Assembly (NCBI GenBank): GCA_937873695.1
Contig: CALMYL010000008.1
Span: forward strand, 173,369 to 237,368
Length of the DNA: 64,000 nt
Source of the DNA: an uncultured Ignavibacteria bacterium
GTDB taxonomy: Bacteria; Bacteroidota; Ignavibacteria; Tepidaquicellales; OLB5
Direction: 5' to 3'
Shown: in pieces, positions 10,105-20,892 of the stretch
Layout: every line of letters begins with the position of its first letter
Position numbering within the stretch: position 1 is the stretch's first letter
Position numbers and translations under genes: made by a program
The notes under the pieces: generated by a model
What the model was told of the DNA's origin: nothing
What the model saw: only the letters and a program-made list of their open reading frames with translations
The model's database searches: none

Positions 10105-10481
10105 ATTTGATATCTGTTAACGAAGAACATTTCAGTGAAATGATGGAACAGGCCCTGCACGCAATACCCGAGCCATTTAATGAAAAGATAGAGAATCTGG
10201 TGTTTATGGTTGAACCGTATCCTTCTGAAGCGGACCTGGGGAGAGTAGGTTTAAAGGATAAGTTCTCTTTGCTTGGCATATATTCTGGGGTACCTTATAC
10301 CAGCAGGAATACCTATTACATGAATACAACCCCAGACAGGATTATCCTGTTCCAGAAGAATATCGAAAGATACTGCCGTACCGAAGAAGAGTTAATGGAT
10401 AAGATCAGGGAAGTTCTGATACATGAAATTGCGCATTATTTTGGAATGGATGAGGACCAGGTAAGAGCTGCGGGTTATTAG
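10101..10481 (+). CDS. Small zincin-like metallopeptidase-family protein
   Basis: It has a C-terminal HEIAHYFG (HExxH) motif, is ~126 aa, and overlaps the upstream gene by 4 nt. Confidence 0.6.
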   Translation: MNLISVNEEHFSEMMEQALHAIPEPFNEKIENLVFMVEPYPSEADLGRVGLKDKFSLLGIYSGVPYTSRNTYYMNTTPDRIILFQKNIERYCRTEEELMDKIREVLIHEIAHYFGMDEDQVRAAGY

Positions 10482-12311
10482 TTAGATCTCGATCTGTGAC
10501 CCTACTTCAAACACCCTGTCGGTCGGAATATCGAAAAATTCAGTTGCTCTTTGAGAATTGCTGGATAGAATAGTAAACATCTTCTTCCTGAATCTGCTGA
10601 ACCCTGCTTTATCTTTTACAACAAGTAACTCTCTGCCAAGAAAGAAAGTAGTACGGTCCATTTTTATCTGGATATTCTTCCTGTTGAGAATTTCTATGAT
10701 CTCCTTTATGTTAGCATTATCCATAAAGCCGTAATATGCAACAACCCTGAAAAATCCTTCTGTCGGATTTAATATCTCAATGGTTGCTTCTGTGTTAACA
10801 CGAGGAACTTTTTGATATATAATGCTAAGAACAATTATCTGTTTGTGAAGTATCCGGTTATGCTTTAAGTTTTTTATAAGCGCAGGAGGGGTACCCTTGA
10901 AATTGCTCGACATATAAATAGCCGTTCCCGGTGTTGTCACAACTCTTGTGCTCATTACCTCATCAATAAACCCTTCTATAGGCTGAGTCTGTTCGACTAT
11001 CTTCCGCTGAAGATTTTTCCGTCCCCAATTCCAGGTGGTCATTACAAAATATACTGCAACGCCAAGTACTAATGGCACCCAGCCGCCATGCAGTAATTTA
11101 AGAAGATTGGCTCCCCAAAATGCCAGATCAATTACGATGAAAAATACCGAGATCAAAATTGCAAGAGGAACTGACCATTTCCACAGTTTTGTCATAGCAA
11201 CGAAAGCAAGTACCGTTGTAATAACCATAGTAGAAGTAACTGCTATACCGTAAGCGGCAGCAAGATTACTTGATGTCTTAAAACTTAGAACAAGCATAAT
11301 TGTACCAAAGAACAAAAGCCAATTGAGCTGCGGAATGTATATTTGTCCTCTTTCTTCCTGAGAAGTATGAATGATCCTTACCCTTGGAAGATAGCCGAGC
11401 TGCAATGCCTGCTGAGTAATTGAAAAAGCCCCGGAAATAAGTGCTTGAGAAGCTATTACAGTAGCAAGGGTTGAAATAACAACCATAGGATACAATGCCC
11501 AGTCAGGCGCAAGAAAATAGAACGGATTCTTGGCAGCTACCGGATTTTGCAGCATCATTGCGCCCTGACCGAAATAATTCATCAGCAGGCAAGGCAAAAC
11601 TATCAGAAACCAGGCAAATCTGATCGGCCTGGGTCCGAAGTGACCCATATCAGCATAAAGAGCTTCGCCGCCGGTTACAACAAGGAAAACTGAGCCAAGT
11701 ATTACAAAACCGTGAAACCCGTTATTAAGAAAGAAATTGAATGCGTATGTCGGATAGACTGCATGGAGCACTTCAGGATTCTTCATTATTGCTCCTAGTC
11801 CCAGAATTGCAATTGATAAGAACCAAATGATCATGATCGGGCCAAAAACCTGCCCCACTTTACTTGTTCCGCGTTTCTGAAAATAAAATAAAAGGAAAAG
11901 GATTACAATTGTTATTGGAATAACATAATGTTCAAATGCTGGTGTTGCTATCTGCAGACCTTCAACCGCTGAAAGGACAGAAATTGCAGGTGTTATAATT
12001 CCATCACCGTATAGCAGGGCTGCGCCAAACAGACCCAAACTTATTATTATCATATAACCTAAGCCTTGCTTTCGAGGTCTTACCAGCTCCATCAATGCAA
12101 GGATACCGCCTTCACCTTCGTTATCCGCACGCATCACAATAATAAGATATTTGATACAGATCACTATTATTAGTGCCCAAAAGACAAGTGAAAGTACTCC
12201 CAATACATTGTCATGAGTCGGTGTAACCCCGTGAGCAGGCGAGAAACACTCCTTTAACGCGTACAATGGACTTGTTCCAATATCACCATAAACAACGCCC
12301 AGTGCACCCAA
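10482..12311 (-). CDS. kup: KUP-family potassium uptake transporter
   Basis: It has GVVYGDIGTSPLYALKE near the N-terminus, about 12 TM segments and a cytoplasmic C-domain. The annotated TTG start probably truncates TM1 (see findings). Confidence 0.9.
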   Translation of the reverse strand: MGALGVVYGDIGTSPLYALKECFSPAHGVTPTHDNVLGVLSLVFWALIIVICIKYLIIVMRADNEGEGGILALMELVRPRKQGLGYMIIISLGLFGAALLYGDGIITPAISVLSAVEGLQIATPAFEHYVIPITIVILFLLFYFQKRGTSKVGQVFGPIMIIWFLSIAILGLGAIMKNPEVLHAVYPTYAFNFFLNNGFHGFVILGSVFLVVTGGEALYADMGHFGPRPIRFAWFLIVLPCLLMNYFGQGAMMLQNPVAAKNPFYFLAPDWALYPMVVISTLATVIASQALISGAFSITQQALQLGYLPRVRIIHTSQEERGQIYIPQLNWLLFFGTIMLVLSFKTSSNLAAAYGIAVTSTMVITTVLAFVAMTKLWKWSVPLAILISVFFIVIDLAFWGANLLKLLHGGWVPLVLGVAVYFVMTTWNWGRKNLQRKIVEQTQPIEGFIDEVMSTRVVTTPGTAIYMSSNFKGTPPALIKNLKHNRILHKQIIVLSIIYQKVPRVNTEATIEILNPTEGFFRVVAYYGFMDNANIKEIIEILNRKNIQIKMDRTTFFLGRELLVVKDKAGFSRFRKKMFTILSSNSQRATEFFDIPTDRVFEVGSQIEI

Positions 12312-12670
12312 CGAAAGGATGAGTAAGTATCTTAAGTTATTTTTATGACCGCTTCCGGTTTCAGAATTACTATGTATATGTTCTGTGCTTATTCTATTGG
12401 AAATTTATTTAACAATGCGTATCTGATATTTCATCAATCGTATTTACAAAGTTAACAAAAACCACAACATAAAAAAACCATTTAATAAATATCAAACATA
12501 AAGTTTAAACCATTAATTAACAGCAGTTAGAGCAGCTCTTATATTTATTTGCGCTATGTAATACTTTTTTCTGAAGACTGATTTTGATTGAATGCTGAGT
12601 GCAGATCCGCTTTTTATCCGGGCAGAGCAGTATTCTCAATATCAAAAATTTTTGCACTTTCAATTAAAAA

Positions 12671-12994
12671 ATGAGAAAATTATATTACATTGTTATGAGC
12701 AGAATATTATTTCAAATAAATTACGATGTTCATCCCGAAAAGAGGGATGATTACCTGGCTACAATTAAGGAACTTGAAGCTTACATGAAGTCAAATACAG
12801 ACCATAATTATATGGTTGTAGAAGATAAGAATAAAACTAACAGTTTTACAGAAGTTTACATTCTTAAAGATGAAGCTGAATTTGAAGGGCTGGAAGATGA
12901 GATGGATGATACTATATACAGCCTTACAACCAGGATCTTAAGCCAGTTTGTTGACGGAAAAACAAGATATTCAACTTTTTACGAAGTAAATTAG
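12671..12994 (+). CDS. Hypothetical small acidic protein
   Basis: This is an ORF only. A more likely start is the ATG at 12695 (MSRILFQINYD...). No motif was recognised. Confidence 0.35.
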   Translation: MRKLYYIVMSRILFQINYDVHPEKRDDYLATIKELEAYMKSNTDHNYMVVEDKNKTNSFTEVYILKDEAEFEGLEDEMDDTIYSLTTRILSQFVDGKTRYSTFYEVN

Positions 12995-13118
12995 TTTGCT
13001 TGTTTTTTGTGCCGGAGATATATTTGCGGCTTATTGAGTCAGTGCAACTGTACCTTTATATCTGGACATTTAGGAAACAATTTTATTGTTAATTTAGTCC
13101 GGAAACATCATACAAAAT

Positions 13119-15344
13119 TTGGCAAAACTCAGCAAAAATAAAACAGAGTTTAAAACTGATAAGACGGTAAAATTCTTCATTGCCTTTATTACGGTTATTT
13201 TGATAACTGTAATGTTTCCCAAATACGAAACAATAGAAACAGATTATATGACGGGGATGGTATGGAGCAAAGAAGATCTGATCGCTCCTTTCAGTTTTCC
13301 CGTATATAAAAGTGAAACTGTGTACAAAAAGGAGGTTGAAGACGCCTCTTCAAAAGTTTACCCTGTATTCGATGTTAATCTCAACAAAAATGGTTCGGGC
13401 AACTGGCTTGATTCCATTAATACACAATTCGCGAAACTGACACGAATAGCGGACTACGAAAACGAATTTGAAAAAGAAAGGTCACTTCCTGAAGAAAAGC
13501 GTACAACTTCTGAGCAGTCGCTTAATAAACTTAAATCAGAACTTAGTTTTACATTAACCGAAGCTGAATGGAGCAGTTTAAGAAGTACACTAAGCAACCC
13601 TTCTGCATCAGATGCTTTTAAGAAGAAAATAATCCAGTCCCTGAATCAGGTTTACGACAAGCAGATCATCGATCTTCCTAAAACATCAATTTCCTCCGGT
13701 AAGATCTCGTATATTAAAAATAAAGTTGAAGAAAGCATTGATCTCTCTGAGGTTAGGGATATTTCTGAAGTAGAAAAGATATTGAATAACGACTTCACGA
13801 GTTTCTACAAAAATCCGGAGCTTGCCGGTGTTTCTTTTAAGATCGCGAAATTGTACATCTATCCGGACTACATTTATAACGAACCTGAAACGCAGAAGAT
13901 ACTTAACTCTGTTACAGAGGCAGTTCCCAAAACATTCGGCCTTGTAAGAGAGAACGAAAGAATTATCAGTAAACATGAACCTATCAATGAAGCTGCAAAG
14001 CTGAAACTTGAATCTTATAAGAAGATCAGAAATGAGCAAATGGGTTCAAGTGATTTTTACATTCAGCAGCTTGGTCGATTTCTGTTTGTTACGCTGATGA
14101 TATTTCTCCTGGGCATTTTCCTTTACAAAATGAGAATGAAGATCTTTGAAGATAATTTGAAGTTGATCCTTATATCAACCATAATTCTGTTCCAATGTCT
14201 GCTTTCATACTTAAGTCTTCAGCTTAGGATTAATTATCCTATTGAGTACATCATATTTGTACCTGTAGCGGCGATGCTGCTTACCATAATATTTGACTCG
14301 CGGGTGGCTGTGTATGCTATAATAATAATATGTATACTTGTTTCTGCTGTAAGAGGCGGAGATTATGACATTCTTATCCCAAATTTTGCAGCTTCTGTTC
14401 TAGTGGTCTATTCTGTACGTGATATAAAGAAACGTTCGCAGATCTTTGTATCAATGATATACATCTTAATAGGATATTTTGCCGCTATTATTGCAATAGG
14501 ACTGGAACGTTACGATGATATTAATATGGTCAGAAGCCAGCTGATAGGCGCGGGCCTGAATGCAATACTTTCCCCAATTCTGGCTTATGGGCTGCTTATT
14601 TTTTATGAAAAAGTATTCAGGGTTGCAACTGACCTGGTGTTTCTGGAACTGAGTGACTTTAACAATCCCCTGCTGCGCGATCTTTCTTCAAAAGCACCCG
14701 GCACTTTTCATCATTCAATAATAATGGGTAATCTTTCTGAACAGGCGGCTAAGGAGATCGGGGCAAATCAAATATTAGCCAGGGTAGGGTGTTACTACCA
14801 CGATATCGGAAAGATCGTCAATCCTGATTATTTTGTAGAAAATCAGATGGATTCCAATAAACACGAAGAGCTTAACCCTTCACTTAGCGCGAAGATGATC
14901 ATAGCCCATGTTAAAAACGGCATAAAACTTGCTGAAAGGTTCCGGCTGCCCCGGGAAATCATAAATTTTATTCCTATGCACCACGGAACTAACCTGGTAT
15001 CATATTTTTATGAAAAGGCAAGAACGGAAGAAGGAGAGATAGATACGACACATGAATATATATACCGCTATCCCGGGCCCAAACCCCAGACAAAGGAAAC
15101 AGGTATAGTAATGCTTGCCGACTCTGTTGAAGCTGCAACTCGCTCAATTGAAGACCCGACGCCCGCAAAGCTTGAAACACAGATCAGCGAGATAATCCGT
15201 GCGAGATTCCTGGATGGTGAGCTTGATGAATGTGACCTGACACTGAAAGATCTGATAAAAATAAAACAGAGTTTTCTGAAAACCATCGTAGGAATTCATC
15301 ACCACAGAATAAAATACCCTGAAACTACAGATGAAGAAGAGTGA
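13119..15344 (+). CDS. 7TM-receptor / HD-domain phosphohydrolase (PgpH-like)
   Basis: It has an extracellular N-domain and a 7-TM block. The C-terminal HD domain carries HHSIIMGNLSE and YYHDIGK. The start codon is TTG. Confidence 0.8.
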   Translation: MAKLSKNKTEFKTDKTVKFFIAFITVILITVMFPKYETIETDYMTGMVWSKEDLIAPFSFPVYKSETVYKKEVEDASSKVYPVFDVNLNKNGSGNWLDSINTQFAKLTRIADYENEFEKERSLPEEKRTTSEQSLNKLKSELSFTLTEAEWSSLRSTLSNPSASDAFKKKIIQSLNQVYDKQIIDLPKTSISSGKISYIKNKVEESIDLSEVRDISEVEKILNNDFTSFYKNPELAGVSFKIAKLYIYPDYIYNEPETQKILNSVTEAVPKTFGLVRENERIISKHEPINEAAKLKLESYKKIRNEQMGSSDFYIQQLGRFLFVTLMIFLLGIFLYKMRMKIFEDNLKLILISTIILFQCLLSYLSLQLRINYPIEYIIFVPVAAMLLTIIFDSRVAVYAIIIICILVSAVRGGDYDILIPNFAASVLVVYSVRDIKKRSQIFVSMIYILIGYFAAIIAIGLERYDDINMVRSQLIGAGLNAILSPILAYGLLIFYEKVFRVATDLVFLELSDFNNPLLRDLSSKAPGTFHHSIIMGNLSEQAAKEIGANQILARVGCYYHDIGKIVNPDYFVENQMDSNKHEELNPSLSAKMIIAHVKNGIKLAERFRLPREIINFIPMHHGTNLVSYFYEKARTEEGEIDTTHEYIYRYPGPKPQTKETGIVMLADSVEAATRSIEDPTPAKLETQISEIIRARFLDGELDECDLTLKDLIKIKQSFLKTIVGIHHHRIKYPETTDEEE

Positions 15345-16257
15345 TACGCAATCTGTAAAAGACCTGAAACTTTCACAGGTACAGGGCTTTTTGCTTCATC
15401 TTGAACTTGAACGCTCCCTTTCGGCGAACACAATTAACTCATATTCATTTGATCTCGAAAAATTCAGACTTTTTGCAGATGAGCTGAAATTAGATAGTTT
15501 TGAAGATGTAAGAGACTATCATATCGAGAAATTTCTTGTCCGCCTTAAAGGTGAATACAAGGCCTCATCAACTGCGCGTCTTCTATCATCACTTAGGCAG
15601 TTTTATGAGCACCTTATAGATTCAGGATCTTTTAATATCAGTTTGAATCCGCTTCAATTTTTTGATTCACCCAAGTTAACACGGAAACTTCCTGAAATAT
15701 TGACTTTTGAGGAAATTGAAAAAATACTTTCTCAGCCTGATGTTAATTCGCCATTAGGATTACGTGATAAAACTATACTCGAAATTATGTATGCATGCGG
15801 CTTAAGGGTCAGTGAAGTATTGACATTAAAAACCTCTAACATACTGTATGAAGATGAAGTTATACGTGTAATTGGCAAAGGGTCAAAAGAAAGGATAGTG
15901 CCCATAGCGGCATCCACGCTTGAGTGGATCAGGCTTTATATTACCAATTCCCGCAGCACTCTTGCAAAATCAATATCCCAGGATTTTCTATTTCTTAACT
16001 GGCGCGGTATGTCTCTTTCACGTATGGCTATCTGGGATATGATAAGCAAGTATTCAAAAATGGCTAAGATAGATAAGAAAATCCATCCGCATATTTTCAG
16101 GCACTCATTTGCAACCCATTTGCTTGAAGGTGGTGCAGATTTGCGCAGTATCCAGGAAATGCTTGGTCACGCTGATATAAGCACAACTCAGATTTACACT
16201 CATGTTGATATATCTTACCTGAAACAGGTGCACAAAGAATTTCATCCAAGGGGCTGA
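15331..16257 (+). CDS. Tyrosine site-specific recombinase, XerC/XerD type
   Basis: It has an N-terminal SAM-like core-binding domain. The catalytic region reads GLRVSE...HIFRHSFATHLL...LGHADISTTQIYTHV. Confidence 0.8.
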   Translation: MKKSDTQSVKDLKLSQVQGFLLHLELERSLSANTINSYSFDLEKFRLFADELKLDSFEDVRDYHIEKFLVRLKGEYKASSTARLLSSLRQFYEHLIDSGSFNISLNPLQFFDSPKLTRKLPEILTFEEIEKILSQPDVNSPLGLRDKTILEIMYACGLRVSEVLTLKTSNILYEDEVIRVIGKGSKERIVPIAASTLEWIRLYITNSRSTLAKSISQDFLFLNWRGMSLSRMAIWDMISKYSKMAKIDKKIHPHIFRHSFATHLLEGGADLRSIQEMLGHADISTTQIYTHVDISYLKQVHKEFHPRG

Positions 16258-16333
16258 CTTCAAAAGCCGCTGGAAGAGATTTCCATTTGATTTTTTTTGA
16301 AATTACCAACAGTTAAGGGACACCTAGAAGTGA

Positions 16334-17752
16334 CTAATTTGTTTTTAAAACCTCATCTTTTATCCGATACAAATAACTCAGGGCAGCTTCATATTCATTT
16401 GGTATAATCCCGTCCAGAATAGCTTCTTCAATTGCAGATTTGAGCATTCCTACCTCTCGTGAAGGCTGCAAATTGCAGATTTTCATGATTTCTTCACCTT
16501 TTACGGGTGATTGGAAGTTTCTTATTTTGTCACGTTCTTCTACTTCTGCTACCTTTTTCTCCACCAGGTCGAAATTTTCGAGGTATTTTTTTACTTTTGA
16601 GGGGTCTTTGGAAGTTATATCAGCTCTGCAAAGAGTGAAGAGGTCCTCAATGTCATCCCCGGCATCAAAGATCAGGCGGCGTACGGCGGAATCAGTAACC
16701 TGCTCATTAACAAGTGCAATTGGGCGAAGGTGCAGCCTTACAAGCTTTTCAACATATGGCAGTTTATCAAAAGGCAATTTTAGCCGCGCAAATATTTTTT
16801 TTTGCCAGCGCGCTCCAAGATCCTCATGGCCGTGAAAAGTCCATCCTGTACCTTCAACAAACCTTTTTGTGGGGGGTTTGGCAATATCATGCATCAGTGC
16901 GGCAAACCGAAGCCAAAGGTTTTCAGTTTTTGCGGAAATGTTATCCAGAACCTTGAGTGTATGCCAGAATACATCCTTATGATGGTAATCCATGCGCTGG
17001 TCTATACCTTCAAGATTATGGACTTCAGGGAAAATAATTTCCATAATGCCTGATTTAAAGAGAAGGCTTAATCCAATTGAAGGTTTAGGTGAGGCTATTA
17101 TCTTTAAAAACTCATCTGTAATTCTCTCCTGAGAAACAACCGTATCTTCGCCTTTGATAATGCGAAGCCTGTCTTTCATCTGCTTCATTGCATGAAAAGT
17201 ATCCCCCGCAATTTCAAAGCCAAGCTGAGAAGCGAACCTGCATGCCCGCATCATCCTTAATGGATCATCGCTGAATGTTTTTTCAGGCTCTAAAGGAGTG
17301 CGCAGCACTTTTTCCTTCAGATCAATCTGACCATCAAACAGATCAATGATATCGTTCCTGTCATTGTTCAGAGAAACGGCCAGGGCGTTGACAGTAAAAT
17401 CACGCCTTTGAAGATCTTCCGTAAGATCGGCAAATTCAACTATTGGTTTGCGTGAATCAGCATTATAACTTTCTTTCCTTGCAGATGCGAATTCTATTTT
17501 TGTGCCGCCAACTTCAAGCAGAGCGGTGCCGAATTTTTTATAAACTGCCGAAAGGTTTTGATTAAATTCTCTCGCAGTTATCTCAGCGAAAGTTATCCCG
17601 TCGCCAACAACGGTAATATCTATATCAGTCTTATCCAGTCCAAGCAGCTTATCTCTTACGAATCCGCCTACCACATAAGCCTGAATATCTGCTTTGATGG
17701 CTATCCTGGAAATTTTCTTCAATATAGTATTTGATCCAATAAAATCCGTCAA
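16334..17752 (-). CDS. CCA-adding enzyme / poly(A) polymerase-family tRNA nucleotidyltransferase with HD domain
   Basis: It has the GGFVRDKLLG...DIDITV nucleotidyltransferase motif, RRDFTVNA, and the HD region HHKDVFWHTL...MHDIAKP. Confidence 0.75.
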   Translation of the reverse strand: MTDFIGSNTILKKISRIAIKADIQAYVVGGFVRDKLLGLDKTDIDITVVGDGITFAEITAREFNQNLSAVYKKFGTALLEVGGTKIEFASARKESYNADSRKPIVEFADLTEDLQRRDFTVNALAVSLNNDRNDIIDLFDGQIDLKEKVLRTPLEPEKTFSDDPLRMMRACRFASQLGFEIAGDTFHAMKQMKDRLRIIKGEDTVVSQERITDEFLKIIASPKPSIGLSLLFKSGIMEIIFPEVHNLEGIDQRMDYHHKDVFWHTLKVLDNISAKTENLWLRFAALMHDIAKPPTKRFVEGTGWTFHGHEDLGARWQKKIFARLKLPFDKLPYVEKLVRLHLRPIALVNEQVTDSAVRRLIFDAGDDIEDLFTLCRADITSKDPSKVKKYLENFDLVEKKVAEVEERDKIRNFQSPVKGEEIMKICNLQPSREVGMLKSAIEEAILDGIIPNEYEAALSYLYRIKDEVLKTN

Positions 17753-17758
17753 ACTGCT

Positions 17759-18751
17759 TCAGCTTCCATTCTTAATTATTTCAATTATCTTATCCGCTAC
17801 TTCAACTGCTGCTTTGCCTGCATTCAGGGTGACCTTCACAGGCTTATCATAAAAAATGCTTTCTATAAATGATTCCAATTCGTTCTTTATGGGGTTTATA
17901 CTTTCAGCATTTTCAGGCCTGGGTTCCTCGTAAATTATCTTTTTTGTCTCAGATACCGTAAATGACATCCCTTCACTTTTTGTCTCATTTTCTGTCAGCC
18001 TGAAAACCTCTGATTTGTTATTCAGGAAATCAACTGAAATATAAGCGTTTTCCAGGAAAATCCTCATCTTTCTCATCTTCTTCAATGAAATTCTGCTTGC
18101 TGTCAGGTTAGCAACACATCCGTTTTCAAGAGTAAGTCTTGCATTGGCAATATCAATTTCATCTGAAATAACGGCTACGCCGTTGGCATCAATTTTCTTA
18201 ACTGGTGAGCCGGCCAAATGGAGTATAATATCTATATCGTGTATCATAAGGTCCTGTATTACCGATACATCAGTACCTCTTGGATTAAACTGCGCCAGCC
18301 GGTGCGATTCAATGAATCGCGGTTTCATTTCAAATCTCTCAAGAGCAACCAGTGCGGGATTAAACCTCTCAACATGCCCGACCTGTATCTTAACTTTTTT
18401 GCCACCTGCCATTTTGATAAGTTCTTCGGCTTCTTTAAGTGAGCTTGTTACAGGTTTTTCAATAAAAATATTAATATCCTTATCAAGAGCTTTTTGGGCA
18501 ATTTCAAAATGAGTTGATGTTGGTGTAACAATTACCAGCGCGTCAACTTCGGCCAATATCTCATCAAGTGATCTGTAAGCTTTGATGCTATATTGTTTGC
18601 TTATAATCTCAGTAACTGCCGGGTCGGAATCATAAACACCTGCAAAATTTATAGATTGATCATTTTGGGCTATTTCATTTATAAGTCTGCAGTGTATCTT
18701 TCCCAAATGTCCGCAGCCTGTTAATCCTATATTTAAACTTTTTGTAGACAA
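17759..18751 (-). CDS. Gfo/Idh/MocA-family oxidoreductase
   Basis: It has an N-terminal Rossmann motif (IGLTGCGHLG), an IFIEKPV motif, and the typical length. Confidence 0.7.
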   Translation of the reverse strand: MSTKSLNIGLTGCGHLGKIHCRLINEIAQNDQSINFAGVYDSDPAVTEIISKQYSIKAYRSLDEILAEVDALVIVTPTSTHFEIAQKALDKDINIFIEKPVTSSLKEAEELIKMAGGKKVKIQVGHVERFNPALVALERFEMKPRFIESHRLAQFNPRGTDVSVIQDLMIHDIDIILHLAGSPVKKIDANGVAVISDEIDIANARLTLENGCVANLTASRISLKKMRKMRIFLENAYISVDFLNNKSEVFRLTENETKSEGMSFTVSETKKIIYEEPRPENAESINPIKNELESFIESIFYDKPVKVTLNAGKAAVEVADKIIEIIKNGS

Positions 18752-18779
18752 TTTATATTTTCTGATTTAGAAGAATTGT

Positions 18780-19661
18780 TTATGAAATATCTATGCTAAC
18801 GCGGTGCATAATGAATACACCAAGCAATGTGATAACTGAACCTATAATGAAAAATAAAGAAATATGCTCACCCAGAAATATAATTGAAAATAAAACAGTA
18901 AGCAGTGGAGAAATATTTGAAAGTGTAGTAAGCTTACTTACTGCAATACTGCGAAGTGCATAGTACCATACAAAATAAGCAAGGTATGCAACAAAAAATG
19001 ACAGGTAAACAAAACCAATAATTCCCTTATATGTAAGATGTTCCGTTGTGAAGTTTGGAAGGTCATAAATAAACAGGGGAATGTAAAGCACCGAACCAAC
19101 TAGAAATACGAAGGTAGATGTCTTAAGTGCTCCGTATTTTTCAATGGTTTTCTTGCCAAGCGTTAAGTACATAGAAAAGGTCAATACTGCGAACAGTAGC
19201 AGCACATCCCCGGTAATTACCTCACTTTCAATGGTTGATGATACAAAGCCCTCATAAAAAATGAAAAATATACCCACAACTGTAAGCAGAATTGAGAACA
19301 ATTTGGAATAATAGAATTTTTCATACCTGAAAATTACGGCTATAATATATGCATATACCGGATTAAGCGAGTATATGATACCGCTATGCGAAGCATAGCT
19401 GAGTTTTATACCGCTTAAGAAAAAGAACTGGTTGAGCGGGATGCAAAGCAGGGCAAGTAAAATAAGCTTTGGATAATCCTTTTTATCGAATTTCAGGTCA
19501 AGTTTTCTTACTCTTAAAGTAATGTAAAACAGAACTGCTGCAAATCCAAATCGGAAAAATCCTAATGACAGCGGAGAGACTTCTGCTACTGTCAGTTTAG
19601 CGAATATGGGTGTAAAAGTTGCTGCCAGTGTTATAAACACCAGCAGCATTATATTTTTCAT
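18780..19661 (-). CDS. EamA/DMT-family transporter
   Basis: It has about 10 predicted TM helices in two EamA-like halves and is 293 aa. Confidence 0.65.
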   Translation of the reverse strand: MKNIMLLVFITLAATFTPIFAKLTVAEVSPLSLGFFRFGFAAVLFYITLRVRKLDLKFDKKDYPKLILLALLCIPLNQFFFLSGIKLSYASHSGIIYSLNPVYAYIIAVIFRYEKFYYSKLFSILLTVVGIFFIFYEGFVSSTIESEVITGDVLLLFAVLTFSMYLTLGKKTIEKYGALKTSTFVFLVGSVLYIPLFIYDLPNFTTEHLTYKGIIGFVYLSFFVAYLAYFVWYYALRSIAVSKLTTLSNISPLLTVLFSIIFLGEHISLFFIIGSVITLLGVFIMHRVSIDIS

Positions 19662-19798
19662 TATTTCTTTGTTGCTTTAGCTTTTGATTCTTTTAACTTG
19701 GTTTTGGCTTTAGCCTGCTTTTTTCTGTGTTTGCCTGCTACTTTTTTTAATTTTTTGTTCATTTTATTATTGTTATTTATAAAAAAATTTTTCTGAAG

Positions 19799-20860
19799 TT
19801 ATGCTATTGTTACTTCTTTATCAAGATATACATCCTGAATTGCGTGCAGCAATTCAACGCCTTCATTCATTGGTTTCTGGAAAGCCTTTCTGCCGGAAAT
19901 GAGACCCATGCCGCCAGCCCGTTTGTTTATCACCGCGGTTTTGACCGCTTCTTTTAAATCTGAATCACCCTTGCCGGTTGATGCGCCGCCGGAGTTGATG
20001 AGACCGCACCTGCCCATATAGCAGTTAGCTACCTGGTAGCGTGTAAGATCGATCGGGTTATCGCTTGAGAGTTTCTCGTAAACAAGTTTGCTTGTTTTGC
20101 CGAACTTAACTGCATTATAACCGCCGTTGTTTTCAGGTAATTTCTGTTTTATGATATCAGCGCCAATAGTAACACCTAAATGATTAGCCTGCCCTGTCAG
20201 GTCTGCGGATACATGGTAATCCTTATCTCCTTTAACATTAAATGCTGAGTTCCGCAGGTAGCACCACAGTATGGTTGCCATACCAAGTTCATGGGCGTAC
20301 TGGAATGCCTGTGATATTTCCTGGATCTGCCTTGCAGATTCATCGCTGCCAAAATAAATTGTAGCCCCTATCGCTGCGGCCCCCATATTGAATGCCTGCT
20401 CAACGCTTGCAAACAAAATTTGGTCGTATTTATTGGGGTATGAAAGGAATTCATTGTGATTTATTTTGAGCACAAAGGGGATTTTGTGAGCGTACTTTCT
20501 TGATACAGCACCAAGTACGCCAAGAGTCGAAGCAACAGCGTTGCACTCGCCTTCAATTGCAAGTTTTACAATATTTTCAGGATCAAAATATACCGGGTTT
20601 GGTGAAAATGACGCGCCTGCAGAGTGTTCTATACCCTGGTCAACCGGCAGAATTGAAAGATATCCGGTTCCGCGCAATCTTCCGGCATTAAAGATAGCCT
20701 GCAGATTCCTTAGTACCTGCGGTGAGCGGTCTGAATCCTTCCAGACACGGTCTACAAAATCTCCGCCGGGTAAATAGAGTGATTCTTTGGGAATTGTTGT
20801 ACATTTGTGGTCAAGCAGTGATGAATCACTGCCCAATAATTCTTTAATATTAACTGACAT
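19799..20860 (-). CDS. fbaB: Class I fructose-bisphosphate aldolase (FbaB/DhnA type)
   Basis: It is near-colinear with E. coli FbaB as I recall it ([54 protein letters not shown]). Confidence 0.9.
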   Translation of the reverse strand: MSVNIKELLGSDSSLLDHKCTTIPKESLYLPGGDFVDRVWKDSDRSPQVLRNLQAIFNAGRLRGTGYLSILPVDQGIEHSAGASFSPNPVYFDPENIVKLAIEGECNAVASTLGVLGAVSRKYAHKIPFVLKINHNEFLSYPNKYDQILFASVEQAFNMGAAAIGATIYFGSDESARQIQEISQAFQYAHELGMATILWCYLRNSAFNVKGDKDYHVSADLTGQANHLGVTIGADIIKQKLPENNGGYNAVKFGKTSKLVYEKLSSDNPIDLTRYQVANCYMGRCGLINSGGASTGKGDSDLKEAVKTAVINKRAGGMGLISGRKAFQKPMNEGVELLHAIQDVYLDKEVTIA

Positions 20861-20892
20861 TTTTATTGCTCCTGATGATTTATATTATTTAT

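Noticed and set aside
12312-12670. A possible c-di-AMP (ydaO/kimA-type) riboswitch upstream of kup.
   Set aside because: The 360-bp leader is extremely AT-rich. It shows none of the GC-rich paired helices or conserved ACGGGGA/CCCG-type segments expected. Only a weak GC patch lies near 12596-12636, with no convincing fold.
15331-16257. A tyrosine recombinase as a possible marker of an integrated mobile element.
   Set aside because: It looks like a housekeeping XerC/XerD (RHRY-type C-terminus, ~308 aa). It is embedded in a core operon-like context, overlapping the pgpH-like gene. There is no adjacent tRNA, direct repeat, excisionase or cargo genes.
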